DNA of 64,000 nucleotides from Mustelus asterias (Eukaryota), in contig NC_135808.1 in the NCBI RefSeq assembly GCF_964213995.1, forward strand, positions 50,592,001 through 50,656,000, written 5' to 3'. The notes under the pieces are model-generated. The model was not told the origin of the DNA. It worked only from the letters and a program-made list of their open reading frames with translations, and did no database searches. Below are positions 13,342-25,699 of this stretch, piece by piece (position 1 is the stretch's first letter; every line of letters starts with the position of its first letter). The position numbers and the translations under genes were made by a program.

Positions 13342-13751
13342 GTGGGGAATCTCCAGGTGATGGTGTCCCAGGTGTCTGCTGCCCTTGTCCTTCTAGGTGG
13401 TAGTGCTTGTGTGTTTGGAAGGTGCTGTTGAAGGAGACTTGGTGAGTTCCTGCAGTGTATCTTGTAGATGGTACACACGGCTGTCACTGTTCATTGGTGG
13501 TGGAGGGTTTGTGGAAGGGGTAACAATCAAGCAGGCTGCTTTGTCCTGATGGTGTCTAGTTTCTTGAATGTTGTTGGAGCTGCATTCATCCAGGCAAGTG
13601 GAGAGTATTCCATCACACTTGTGTCTTGTAGATGGTGGACAGGCCTTGGGGGTCAGGAGGTGAGCGTCTCACTGCAGGATTCCTAGTCTCTGACCTGTTC
13701 TTGTAGCCACGGTTTTCCTATGGCTCACCCAGTTCAGTATCTGGTCAATGA

Positions 13752-14427
13752 TGAAGTCGGGAATGGGTTAATGAACTTCAATACTCGAAGTGTCACAGTG
13801 ACCTCTGTGATATTTAGAGCTTGTGTGAGAAATACTGTAGAACTCATGTTTACGTTAGGGCTTCCATGCTCATGTTTCCAGAACAGATAAGAGCACAGCT
13901 GTTGTATGTATTTCTGTTCAAGAATGTGGCTAATCCGCCATTTTGTATTCTTTAATTATGTATTGCTGTGTAACAATGGACGCCTATATCTCTGCCTTTT
14001 GTGACGTATTATGATACCTTCATATATATTCATCATAACCTGTACCGATATACATTATACAAGTACCTACGAACGTATATAAATTGTTGTATGCCAATTA
14101 ACTTGTTTGTGCGAAGACTGTAACTTTGTACATTAGTAAGATACCCCACCTGTGCTCACAGAGAACAACAACACTCACGGCCTTGGGATAACCGTGAAGA
14201 AAACACCAAGGCAGCAAGGTTCACACAGGAAGATGTGCAACCGCCTGGGAACCTGTGAGCCTGGGAAACTGCGGACTTGCAAGGTGGGGCATAAATGTAT
14301 GTGTTTAGCCTGTATTTGCTGAGACATCTGAGGCCATGTTAGGCATCGGACGGTCTCCCACAATTGTGCAAATAAACCAATGTATTTTGACCTACGAATA
14401 GACTCAGAGGTATCTTTACCTGCGACG
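13752..14427 (+). repeat. ERV 5' LTR
   Basis: Starts TGAAG..GGGAATGGGTT, has AATAAA at 14371-14376 and ends 2 nt before the PBS. Both ends are homologous to the solo LTR at 50656-51607. Confidence 0.85.
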
Positions 14428-14429
14428 AA

Positions 14430-14447
14430 TGGTGCCGAAACCCGGGA
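14430..14447 (+). promoter_or_regulatory. Primer binding site, tRNA-Phe
   Basis: TGGTGCCGAAACCCGGGA is the 18-nt complement of the 3' end of vertebrate tRNA-Phe(GAA). Confidence 0.92.
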
Positions 14448-14897
14448 CTCTTTACGGGACCAGTCGAATGGCCACGAATGGGAGACCGGAATAGTTACTG
14501 AACTTGATGAAGTGGGTCAAAATACATTGGGTGACCATCTGTGATGAGAGAGTGTCTGAACTGATGAAAGACGTCTGAACTGAGCACATACGGACAAGGA
14601 GGCAATTGGCTCTGACACCCTGCCGTAAACTGACTGTTAAGAGCAGGAATCTCCCACACTGATGTTCGGATTTGAAATGGGTGTCAGGGTTGCCTGAGGT
14701 GTGATGTTCAGACGTGAGTGATGAGTGATAGATAGAGACTGTCTGAGTGGTCCCGGAGTGGAAGGAAAAGCCTTCATGTGAAAGCCAGCTGAATAAAAAT
14801 ATTGTGTAAGTGGTGGTACGGAGGGATCTGATCACCCCTGACAGGTATCACCGAACTCAGATAAGAGAAACCTGGGAGGGAGAGAGCGAGAAAGGAG

Positions 14898-16519
14898 ATG
14901 AGAAGACTCCAAGGTGGTGAGTATGACCTTATCAATGATATGGCGGGACAAGGACAGTGGGGCCCGGGGTCCCTGATACCTGAATATATAATTAAGAGGG
15001 ACAAACTCATTAAACAGATGATAAAAGAGGGATCGGATTTAGACCACCCGCTAGACCAATAATGAAAGTGGTTGGAAAAAGAAAAGAAAGATAGAACTAA
15101 GAAAATTGGGGTTCTCTTAGTTCACCAATTGGCTGGATTAATTGGACAGGTCTCAGTCTCGAGTAAGAAATGGGCTGACGACAAAGCAAAAATTAAAATG
15201 TTGGAAACACGCGATAGCAAATTAGAGAAGCGGAACCAACTTTTAGAGGACCCTGCCGGGGGATTCTTGCTTCCCTATGGGCCGGCCGTACAACCCACGG
15301 CACCAGTGGGAGACCCTGATGAGGAAGAGGTCCATGATCTCACTCCCATAACTCGGACCGGGACGTTACAGCATCCCACTGCCCGATATAAACCCTTTAC
15401 CCCAGGTGAACGACAACAGATTTTTGGCACCCCTGGGAAGGCTCCAGCCCCGGAGTAACAATCGCAAATTTTGGGCAGAACTGGACACCCTTTGGGTTGG
15501 ACACCAGTTACATTTGCGGGATATACACCAGTTGGTACGGGCTGTTTGCCCGTGGGATAAGTGGAGACTAATGGGTGACGGTGGGGTCCAGGCTAATGTC
15601 GCTGACCAAGCTCGGTTGGATTACCGAGGCGGAAGGTGGACGTACGCGACAGAGACAACCGCCGAGATCGAGGCAATGATTGAGCCATTTACTCGGTTTA
15701 AGGCGGAAGTCCAATGAGTCTTGGGTAATGCACCAACCAATTGGTCCAGACTTACCAATATTAAACAACAAAGGGGTGAAGGAGCCTCCGAATTTGGGGA
15801 ACGACTCTGTAGAGTATACCAAGAACGTTCGGGAATACCCGAACAGATAGAGCCTTTTTCCAAGCATTTAAAGATGGGCTATCGCCAGCTCACCAGAAAA
15901 TCCTTAAAATGGGAGTTCTCAATACCCAGGCTTATGATAGAAACCCTACAGTGCAGAAGGAGGCCATTCGGCCCATCGAGTCTGCACCGACCACATTCCC
16001 ACCCAGGCCCTACCCCCACATATTTTACCCGCTAATCCCTCTAACTACACATCTCAGGGACAATTTTTAACCTGGCCAATCAACCTAACCCGCACATCTT
16101 TGGACTGTGGGAGGAAACCGGAGCACCCGGAGGAAACCCACGCAGACACGAGGAGAATGTGCAAACTCCACACAGACAGTGACCCGAGCCGGGAATCGAA
16201 CCCAGGACCCTGGAGCTGTGAATTAGTAGAATGGGCATCTGGAATTAGAGATGGACCAGATGAGAAACCATACCCACGAATAAAACAGGAAACAGTTAGT
16301 GCAAACAGTGGAGGGGCTAAACCCAAGGGTGCGTGCTATAATTGTGGGAAACCGGGTCACTTTGCCAGAGGCTGTAGAGCTCCAAAGGGGGGCAGTGGAA
16401 AAGCCCCTACCTGCCTGTTTTGTAATAAGGTTGGCCACACTGAGGCCACCTGTTGGAGCAAGCACGGCAGACCGAGTCAACTGCTTCGCCCTCCCCTCAT
16501 TGACGAGGGAGGGAATTGA
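14898..16519 (+). pseudogene. gag: ERV gag, disrupted
   Basis: MHR-like IKQQRGEGASEFGERL and two zinc knuckles (CYNCGKPGHFARGC, CLFCNKVGHTEATC). It carries stops, frameshifts and a SINE insertion, and the start codon is tentative. Confidence 0.85.
15938..16218 (-). mobile_element. HE1-type SINE inserted in ERV gag
   Basis: Same core and tail as 19844-20190. Confidence 0.9.
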
Positions 16520-19500
16520 CGGGAGGCAGCCCCCACAAGCCTGGGCACAAAAGAGGGTAGAATCTACGTGTCTGCACTAGTAGGGGGAAGGCAATGTGAA
16601 ATGCTGGTGGACACGGGAGCCTCCATATCTATCACTGATCTACCCTTGCCCACCACCAATAAAATGATCTATATAAGGGGTGTTAACGGACAGAAGACCC
16701 CTGCCTACTTAAGTGAAACCACCCTAGTAGAAATTAATAACCTGTATATATCTATGCGATTTTATGTGTGTAGAAATAATGAAGGAACTATTATGGGAAA
16801 TGACCTAATGAAGGAATACAAAGTCTGAATAGATTGTGGGAAAGGTGAATTGATTTGGCCCCGCCCCGATGGGAGAAAAGACAGGGTAGGAACATATGTA
16901 AACCATTTAGGGACCATCCATGCAGCATCTGTAACGGGACGCGACTGGCAGTTAGAAGGTACTGGATTTGGTGCCATCTGCGCCTCCGTCCCCGGCGTGT
17001 GGGCGGAAACGAAACTGGATACTGGATTCATCAAAATTGACCCTATAATAGTGGTAGGGCCAGAACACAAACCACATCGGCAAAACCCGATTAAGCCCAA
17101 AGCCAAAAAGGCAGTGGAGGAAATTGCGACGGGATTGGTAAAGAGAGGGATCCTACGGGAAACCACTCGTACCACCAACTCCCCCACCTGGCCCGGTGTC
17201 TAAACCGGACGGGAGCTATAGATTAACCATTGATTATACAGCTTTAAATAAAGTGACCCCCAAGCAACACCCTATCGTGGCCTCGCCCCTCCACCATTTT
17301 AAACGGGTTGTCACCATCCCATGGAATCTTCACGGGATTGGATATCGCCAACGGTTTGTCGTCCATTCCCCGGACCCTAATTCGCAAGATAAATTTGCAT
17401 TTACCGTGGGCGATAAGCAGTGCACATGGACTCGGCTCCCGCAAGGCTTCCATAACAGCCCGGCTATATTTCACCGGGTAATGAGTAAGATATTAGAACA
17501 GGTGGGAGTCCCAAAAGGGAGCACAATTCTGCAGTATGTGGATGATATCTTAATAGCCTCCGAAACTAGAGCAGAACATCAGACGGTGCTATACTCAGTC
17601 TTGAAACACTTAGAAGAACAGGGACTAAAGGCGAGCCCCAGGAAAGCCCAAATAGGGAAAGAGCAGGTGTTATATTTGGGACACCTGATATCTCAGGGGA
17701 CCAAAGAAATGCCACTGGACAGGAAAACGGCCATTCAGCAAATGCCAAGACCAGTAACCGTCCGAGGGGTCAGGAAGGTTTTGGGACTGTTTAACTACAG
17801 TTGCAACTTTATACTGGAATTTGCCAGGCTAGCCGAACCAATACAAAGGCTAGTAAAAGGGGGGAAACCCGCGCTTGGGGTTATAGAGTGGGGATCAGAA
17901 CAGGAAGAGGCATCTCGTAAACTAAAAGCAGAACTAATGACAGCTCCGGGACTTGGACTGCCCAACGCTAATAAAGATTTTCACATCTATTGTAATAATG
18001 AGGGGGGGGTTTATTCGGCAGTAGTTACACAGGTCCATGGGGACAAGCAGCGGCCAGTGGGTTATTATTCCACAGCGGAGGGCCCCGTAGTAGCCGGGTT
18101 GCCCAGATGTATAGCCGCACTGGATTGAGCAGCATGGGCAGTAAGGGTCAGTGAGCCCATCATAATGACGGGGAATATTGTTTCACACACCAAACATACC
18201 TTAGTGGAAGTGCTGAACACAGGAAAATTGCGGTCTGTCTCAAATGTGAGAAGGGCAAAGTGGGAGGCAGTGCTTCTCCCACCCACTAAGTCCATCACCA
18301 TTGTACGAGACATGGGAACGAACCCCGCAGAAGGAATGTTAGGTGAAGGGGACCCACACAACTGTGGGGACGTAGATGAGGAGGTAGACGAAGGTAGAAT
18401 AAAAGATGTGCCCCTGGAGGCACCAGATATGGTCCTATTTGTGGATGGATCAGGGAAATATGTCGATGGGTCACCACGAACAGGATGGGCGGTAGTGAAT
18501 GCGGATTTACAAATTGTTCAAGCAGGAAGAATAGAGGGAGGCATGTCAGCGCAAGTAGCGGAACTGGTAGCCTTGACTCAGGCTTTTACAGAGGCTGTGG
18601 GGAAAAGGGTCAACATTCACACCGATAGTAGATATGCGTTTGGAGTTATTCATGACTATATGACAGTTTGGGGGAGAAGGGGATTTATCACAATGGGAGG
18701 CACTCCAATTAAACATGGCCAGACAATAACAACCTTATTGGGAGCCAGCGAGCTCCCATTGGAAGCCGCAGTATTGAAGGTAAAAGCACACCACAAGGAA
18801 CCAGATAAGCAAAGTCCTGAGTGGTATATGTTTAAGGGAAACCAGGCAGCCGACAGAGCGGCACGAGCTGCCTTGGAAACAGGGGAAGTGCCGGCCTTGC
18901 CAGCTGCCTCGAGTAAAATCAAAACCCCGATAGACATCTCACAGCTCCATGCTGATACCCCTGAAGAAGAACGTGTGAGGGGAAAAACTCAAAAGGAGCT
19001 ACACCTGATGGAGGGTGGGGGGGGGGGGGGGGGGGGCGGGGGGGGGGGTGGGGTATGAAGATTAAATGATAAAGTGCGAGCCCCGGAATGTATCCAGCAT
19101 ACTCTGATGCGGTTACATCATGGGCTGTCACATGTGGGGAGGGATGCCACGGTGACCAGTGTGGGGAAGGAATGGTGGTGGAAAGGAATGGGACGGGACA
19201 TTGCCCGATATTGTCACCGGTGCATAACCTGTGCACGGTATAACCCTGGAAGACCCGTAAAAATCAAGATGGGGCAACAGCCTCGTCCTAAGGGTCCCTG
19301 GGAACACCTGCAAGTTGACTTTACAGGACCTCTCCCGCAGTCACACGGGAGAACCTGCTGCTTGGTAATTATTGACCAATTCACCAGATGGGTAGAAGCA
19401 TTCCCGATGAAAAATTGTACTGCCACTACAGTGGCCAGAATACTAGCTGAGGAAGTTATCCCAAGATGGGGGGTGCCTTTGCAAATAGACTCCGATCAAG

Positions 19501-20495
19501 GCACGCACTTTACGGGGAAGGTTGTAAAAACCACATGTCAACTGATGGGGATAAGACAGATATTTCACATACCCTACCACCCTCAAAGCTCGGGGATGGT
19601 GGAACGTATGAATAGGACACTTATGATCTCCTAGGCAAAGGCCATGCAGGAATCAGGAAAGAGATGGACAGAAGTATTACCCGCCATATTAACGGAACTC
19701 AGAGCCACCACAAATCAGACCACTGGGCTGATACCATATGAGCTAATGACCGGAAGGGCTATGCAACTGCCCGAGTCCATCATTACCGGAGGGACAGATG
19801 TAGGCCCATTACGGGACAAGATTAGACGATATGTGTTAGAATTAGGGCAGCACGGTAGCACAGTGGTTAGCACTGCTGCTTCACAGCTCTAGGGTCCCGG
19901 GTTCGATTCCCGGCTCGGGTCACTGTCTGTGTGGAGTTTGCACATTCTCCTCGTATCTGCGTGGGTTTCCTCCGGGTGCTCCGGTTTCCTCCCACAGTTC
20001 AAAGATGTGCGGGTTAGGTTGATTGGCCAGATTTTTTAAAAATTGCCCCTTAGAGTCCTGGGATGCGTAGGTTAGAGGGATTAGCGGGTAAAATATGTGG
20101 GGGTAGGGCCTGGGTGGGATTGTGCTCGGTGCAGACTCGATGGGCCGAATGGCCTCCTTCTGCACTGTAGGGTTTCTATGATTCTATGATAATTAAGCTC
20201 CCAATTAATAGATATGCGGAAAAAAGTACGGGGCAAACAAATAGCGGTAGATGAGTACAATGAACTAGAACAGACCCCGGAGATACCCCCGGCGGGCAGC
20301 AAGGTTACGGTAAAAACCTTACCCGAAAAACCTGGATTCGCCCCCGAAGGGAAAAGCCCCTATGAGGTTATCATTAGTGGAGACACCTGTGCCTGTATAG
20401 ATATGCAAGGCAGAGGCGTCTGGAAACACTGGACCCAGTTGAAAGAATACACTGGCACCAATCGGAAAACATGTAATGGACAACAAAACAGTTAA
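16520..20495 (+). pseudogene. pol: ERV pro-pol, disrupted
   Basis: LVDTGA protease; RT WTRLPQGFHNSP and LQYVDD; tether; RNase H FVDGS/SAQVAEL/TDSRY/KVKAH; integrase HHCC, VDFTG, DSDQG, PQSSGMVER. Several stops and frameshifts, a poly-G run at 19011-19053 and a SINE insertion. Confidence 0.93.
19844..20190 (+). mobile_element. Full-length HE1-type SINE inserted in ERV integrase
   Basis: GGGCAGCACGGTAGCACAGTGG A-box, GGTTCGATTCC B-box, CR1-type tail and TSD AATTA. Confidence 0.93.
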
Positions 20496-22702
20496 GAGGG
20501 GAGTAAAGGGTTAAACACCAGCAGGCTGAGAGTTTCTCTCTCTCTCTCTCTCTTGACAAGGGAAAGAGAGAGAGAGAGAGGGGTGAAAGTGTGCGATCGA
20601 GAGCCACATGCGGTGGAAGAGGGTATCGCAGATCAATGTTTAATAAACTATTCTCCCCAGTTGAAATTTTACAGGCGTGCATTACATTACAGCTGAAGAG
20701 TTGTAAGGAGAGTTAACCATTTAAGAGAAATAATTAATTATGTGCTCATCTTGAGCTTAAACCGGAGAGTCTGTGAGAAAGTGTAAACGTCTTAATAAGT
20801 AGAGATATTTAAAAAGTGACAAAAATAAATGGATTGTTTGGATCAGGCTTTTGTTATAAAATGTACTCTTGATAGAATTGACAATGAAAAGATAAATGGA
20901 AAGAATTATTCCTGCGTATTTGAAGTGATGATTAATCACTTGTTTATGTTCAGCTGAGTGAACTTACCCCTCCGGCTCTCTGCTGAAACGAGCAGAGAAC
21001 TAATCCATCCTTTCCGCCACAGGAAATTCATGTTATAAGACTTGGAGTAATCTTAAGATATAGAGTCAAAACTTAAGAGAGAAGGGAGTTACAGAAGGTA
21101 GAATGGGAGTGTGTGTGTGTAATGCTGGGAATCATTATACGGCCATAATGCATTCTAATTAAAATGTGTTACACGGATCAACCATGAAACTGTATTAAAT
21201 GCCAGACAGGCTAAAAGAGAGTGCCCGCCTATAATACCAAATTGGCAAATCCATATAATTGAGATAAGAAAATGCTGGGAAAGTGTTTGTTACAAACTGT
21301 TCGAAATTAAAGTGATAAGATTTCTTGAATTTACTTCTGTTTTGAGTTGAATTACAGTTTGGAAAACAGCAGAATAAAAGCGACTGTTAGTCAACGTTCA
21401 GTTTTCTTCAATGTTTTATTTTCATCCCAGTTTAAGATGTTAAGTCTGAATAAAGGTTGGAAGCTTCCATGTGTATCTGTGTGTTTAACAACGTGATTGC
21501 GTGAATGTTTTGTTGGTGTTCGCTTGAATGTTTTAATGTTGAGAAAGGAGTTAAACCTTGGAAGGACCATGTGCTCTTTCCTTGTCTTGAAGTTGAAATT
21601 ATAAGAGTGTAGTTGAGAAGTTAAAAGAAAGGCAATTTTGTGAAAACAAAGAAAAGCAGGAACAAAAGAATAAGATGAATATACTGTCTCTGAGTCAGTT
21701 TAAAGTGTATCAAATTAGTGAAATGAATCGTAGTTCTGATTACCCCAAGTTACAGCAGGAGATTAAACTCATTTGTTAATACAAATAAAGATGTTGTCCT
21801 TGAGTATTTTTAAACACCATGAATTGTTGGAACTTGTGTTACCAGTTAGTTATTTTTAAATAAAATGATAATAATATGAAATTTGTGATGTTCCGATAAC
21901 ATGCAACAAATTACATCATTTAAACCATCTCACATTGATGATAGTTCTGTAAAATTAGATACTGCCGTTGGAATTGCGTGTGCCATCTATTGTTCAAGGT
22001 TTTCCAGATGTAAAAACACTGCAAAGCTTAAAACCTAGCCAGCTAGGAATCAAACCAAAACATTTCTAATCAACTAACAATTGTTATTGTTATATGTATT
22101 GTGCTTGTTATTGTTCTAAAATGCAGGGATTCCGATCTGGAGCAGCTTAAAAATAAAAACGACTTAAATTAAGAGGGTTTTGATATACCCGAGAGAATCA
22201 AATCCTGGAGAGCCTTAACCAATTTTATATGTTGATATATATTGTGTATTGATACAACATAATTCTGTGGAAGAAAAGGCTATTTATTCCAAACATTTAA
22301 CCATAATTTGTCATAATTTGTAATAACTTGCACAACTAACATTAACATGACAGGAAGTGAAACCGGATGACTTGAGAGAGAGAGAGAGAGAAAGAGTTGG
22401 TGACTGGCCTTACAACCAGACTCAAAAATCTTGCAGCATTCGACTGGACACAACAGATAGCTCATTCGGTTATCTGTGTTTTTAAAGAGCTGTGTCTGGC
22501 TCAGTGACCACGTAACACTGTTGTTTACCTTATGAGACAATCTGTCTATAGAGGGATCATTTCTGCTCAAACAAATGATCATATTAGATATAATGTAAGA
22601 TACATCATACAAAGATCGGAGCTATATAGTATATGATTTTAAGTACACTAAGCTTTCTATGCAAGGGGGGTATGTAGTTAAATGTATAATGCACTGGCTT
22701 TT

Positions 22703-23140
22703 GTGGCCAAAGGTATTGCCCACCATACTAATGAGATTAAGGGTTTCCACAAACCGAACAACCGGATTAACCCCTTATGAGCTAATGACTGGACGGGCGA
22801 TGCAATTACTAGAAAGCATTATAACAGGTGGGACCGATGTAGGTCCACTAAAAGATAAAATCAGGAGATATGTTTTGGAACTAAGCACCCAACTAAAAGG
22901 GATGCGTAAATTGGTAAAAGACAATTAGGAGATAAGAGACACACAGAGAGAGAGCTTGAAATGCTCCCTGACATCCCAACAGCGGGACGTCCGAGTGAAA
23001 ACACTACCTGACAAATCAGGGTTTGTACTAAAATGGGATGGGCCGTATGAAGTTATAATTAGTGAAGATACCTGTGCCTGCATAGACATAAGGGGGAAAG
23101 GTCATTAAACTCAGTTGAAAGAATATGCTGAAACTAATTG
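22703..23140 (+). pseudogene. Second, diverged copy of the ERV integrase C-terminal region
   Basis: WPKVLPTILMRLRVSTNRTTGLTPYELMTGRAMQLLESIITGGTDVGPLKDKIRRYVLELS matches 19665-19843 (WTEVLPAILTELRATTNQTTGLIPYELMTGRAMQLPESIITGGTDVGPLRDKIRRYVLEL). Similarity continues through GPYEVIISEDTCACID. Confidence 0.9.
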
Positions 23141-23917
23141 GGAAATTATGTGATATCCTCCCATTGCAGGAATGTACAGACAATGACCAACCTCCAAGCA
23201 AGCTGAACGGGTGCGCGGTGTTTCGCGCGGGCGGTATAGCCTTTGGACCGTTGTATAACGGTCGCGCAGGTTATTAGTAAGTGATAAGATGCTTTTCATG
23301 CTACTTCTCACGACCCTGGCCCTGTTAGCTATAGTGGGAAAATATAGATGGAATTATGAGAATTTGGGGATTTGACACAGTGAACATCTCTGTGACGATG
23401 ACTCTGTCTATTGTATGAACACCTCTGTGTATATGTCTTATCTGTGTGCATCACAATTGAATTTGAGCAAGTGCTGGGTCTGTTCACACATTCCCACGCA
23501 CGGAGGAAAGGGAGGAATTCCTTTATTCCCTATCCCTTTATCAGCTCCAGATACACAATATCGGGACCTCTCAGGCCAGTTTTGACGTTATCAGTAAAAA
23601 CAGAACTGTTATACATTTTCTCAATCTGATTCTCCGCCTTACATTAGTTTAAAATTAATTTCATTTAATGTCCATATGTTAACATAAATTATTGCCAAAT
23701 ACCTCAGTCAACCACTTAGTACTTTCCAGCATGATGGTTTCTCATTCGTCCATTACAACAGGACATTACTCACTTCTTGACTAAAGCTATTTCCCTGTTG
23801 CCTGGATGCGGTAGATGCTACCGTAAGGATCAAAGTGGAGGTTCCTACCAGCTCACTGCCAAGCTGAATAGACATGTGTTGCTGTATCCAGGGTCATGTC
23901 TATTCAATGTATGTATT

Positions 23918-24240
23918 GGGCGGCACGGTAGCACAGTGGTTAGCACTGCTGCTTCACAGTTCCAGGGACCTGGGTGCGATTCCCGGCTTGGGTCACTGCC
24001 TGTGTGGAGTTTGCACATTCTCCTCGTGTCTGCGTGGTTTTCCTCCGGGTGCTCCGGTTTCCTCCCACAGTACAAAGATGTGTGGGTTAGGTTGATTGGC
24101 CATGCTAAAATTGCCCCTTAGAGTCCTCGGTAGGTTAGAGGGATTAGTGGGTGGATATGGGGGTAGGGCCTGGGTGGGATTGTGTTTGGTGCAGACCTGA
24201 TGGGCCGAATGGCCTCTTTCTCCACTGTAGGGTTTCTATG
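23918..24240 (+). mobile_element. Full-length HE1-type SINE
   Basis: Same structure as 19844-20190. Confidence 0.92.
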
Positions 24241-24645
24241 TCTGGGCCGTGAATTGATTGAAACATTATGTTGCACAATGTGTTCCCTCATCGGGATCTC
24301 CCAGATATGAGTTTGCAAACTAATGGGTTCCAGGCCTTTGGCTCGAAACATTTTACCTTTCCCACCATGCCTTTCAGTACCTTGCATTGGCCAAAGTGTA
24401 CAATCACAGTAGAATACTTGAAATACATTTAGAATATCAACTTCTATGTCTTAAAATCATAGTTGTTTTAATTCTCTTACTGTGCTCACATGTGGGTACG
24501 TTATCATTTAACTCCTTAATGTTCACTCTGCCAGTGCTTGTACTCTCTCTAAAAATGAAGAGAAATATAAAATAATCCCTTTCATCTCCCCATGGGGCTC
24601 GGTCTCAGATTGTTCTTGTGAAGCACGTTGTATTATATTGGCAGT

Positions 24646-25040
24646 TGTGTGTGTGGTGTGTGTGTGATGCCTCCCATGGTTGATGAGCTGGGAATTATGT
24701 GTGTGTGTGTGTGTTTTCGTGTGTGTGTGTGTGTTTTCGTGTGTGTGTGTGTTTTCGTGTGTGTGTGTGTTTTCGTGTGTGTGTGTTTTTGTGTGTGTGT
24801 GTTTTCGTGTGTGTGTGTTTTCGTGTGTGTGTGTTTTTGTGTGTGTGTGTTTTCGTGTGTGTGTGTTTTCGTGTGTGTGTGTTTTCGTGTGTGTGCGTGT
24901 GTTTTCGCGTGTGTGTGTGTGTGTGTGATGCTACCTGTTGTTGATGAGCTGGGAGTTGTGTGTGTTTGTGATGCCTCCTACGATCGATGAGCTAGGAATT
25001 GTGTGTGTGTGTGTGTGTGTGGTGCCTCCTGTGATTGATG
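24646..25040. repeat. Interrupted (GT)n microsatellite
   Basis: (GT)n runs punctuated by TTTTC and by GATGCCTCC..GATGAGCTGGGA spacers. Confidence 0.95.
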
Positions 25041-25699
25041 AGGCAAATGCTTTAGGGGGTAAGGGGGGGTAAGATGGCACGGGGGTGGGTGAGGGTTTGG
25101 ATGCGTTGTGGCTTGAGGTGAGTTTGAGATTGGGGGATATTCTGAAGGGCTGGTCAGGTCACGGGGTGGTTGGTGTTTTTTGGTGCTGCCAATCGAGTCA
25201 GGGCGGTATTCAGGAAGGTGAGATATCAGAAGGACATATTTTACACAGAGGGTGGTGGGGGCCTGGAATGCGCTGCCAGGCAAGGTGGTGGAGGCGGACA
25301 CACTGGGAACATTTAAGACTTATCTAGATAGCCACATGAACGGAGTGTAAATGGAGGGATACCAAAGAATGGTCTAGTTTGGACCAGGGAGCGGCACAGG
25401 CTTGGAGGGCCGAAGGGCCTGTTCCTGTGCTGTATTGTTCTTTGTTCTTTGTGAGGGGGTCAGACAGGTGCCCTTTGGAGTCAGGGGACATGTTTCAGTT
25501 TTACACTGACCCCGGTGTTGGAACTGCTCTGAATCGTTCTAACTTTTCCTGGGTAACTATTCTGGGCAGGGAGTCAGAAACATCTGAATTCTCCAGATTT
25601 CAGTCCGAGATTCAGAGGGTTCCAGACTCAGGGGAATTCCCCATATAGATCCGGGATACGACCATCCGGAGATTGGAAGTTCTGGGTCAGGAGCTCAGA

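Larger units (their letters stand above)
7965..13751 (-). mobile_element. Old LINE 3' region (7965-8174 and 13347-13751) that hosts the Gypsy and ERV insertions
   Basis: WKYIAV..TVTGSKS.NSLP..GLQRFKKAAH C-terminus. The same family occurs at about 42000-44800 and 56950-57920. Confidence 0.75.
13752..24600 (+). mobile_element. Endogenous retrovirus, decayed and 3'-truncated or rearranged (right boundary uncertain)
   Basis: LTR, tRNA-Phe PBS, gag, and pro-pol with a tether plus retroviral RNase H and integrase. No 3' LTR was found. Confidence 0.85.

Noticed and set aside
19011-19053. Poly-Gly linker in ERV pol
   Set aside because: A homopolymer G run that breaks the frame, most likely slippage or a sequencing artefact.
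19844-19920. tRNA genes at SINE heads
   Set aside because: The A/B boxes belong to tRNA-derived SINEs and continue into SINE core and tail sequence.
20494-20510. Purine tract after pol as a PPT for a 3' LTR
   Set aside because: It is not followed by TG or any similarity to the 5' LTR.
23720-23765. MHC-I-like peptide (FQHDGFSFVHYN) in the ERV 3' region
   Set aside because: Too short and interrupted by stops; it cannot be supported without a profile search.
24628-24990. Cys/Val-rich ORFs
   Set aside because: Translation of a GT microsatellite.
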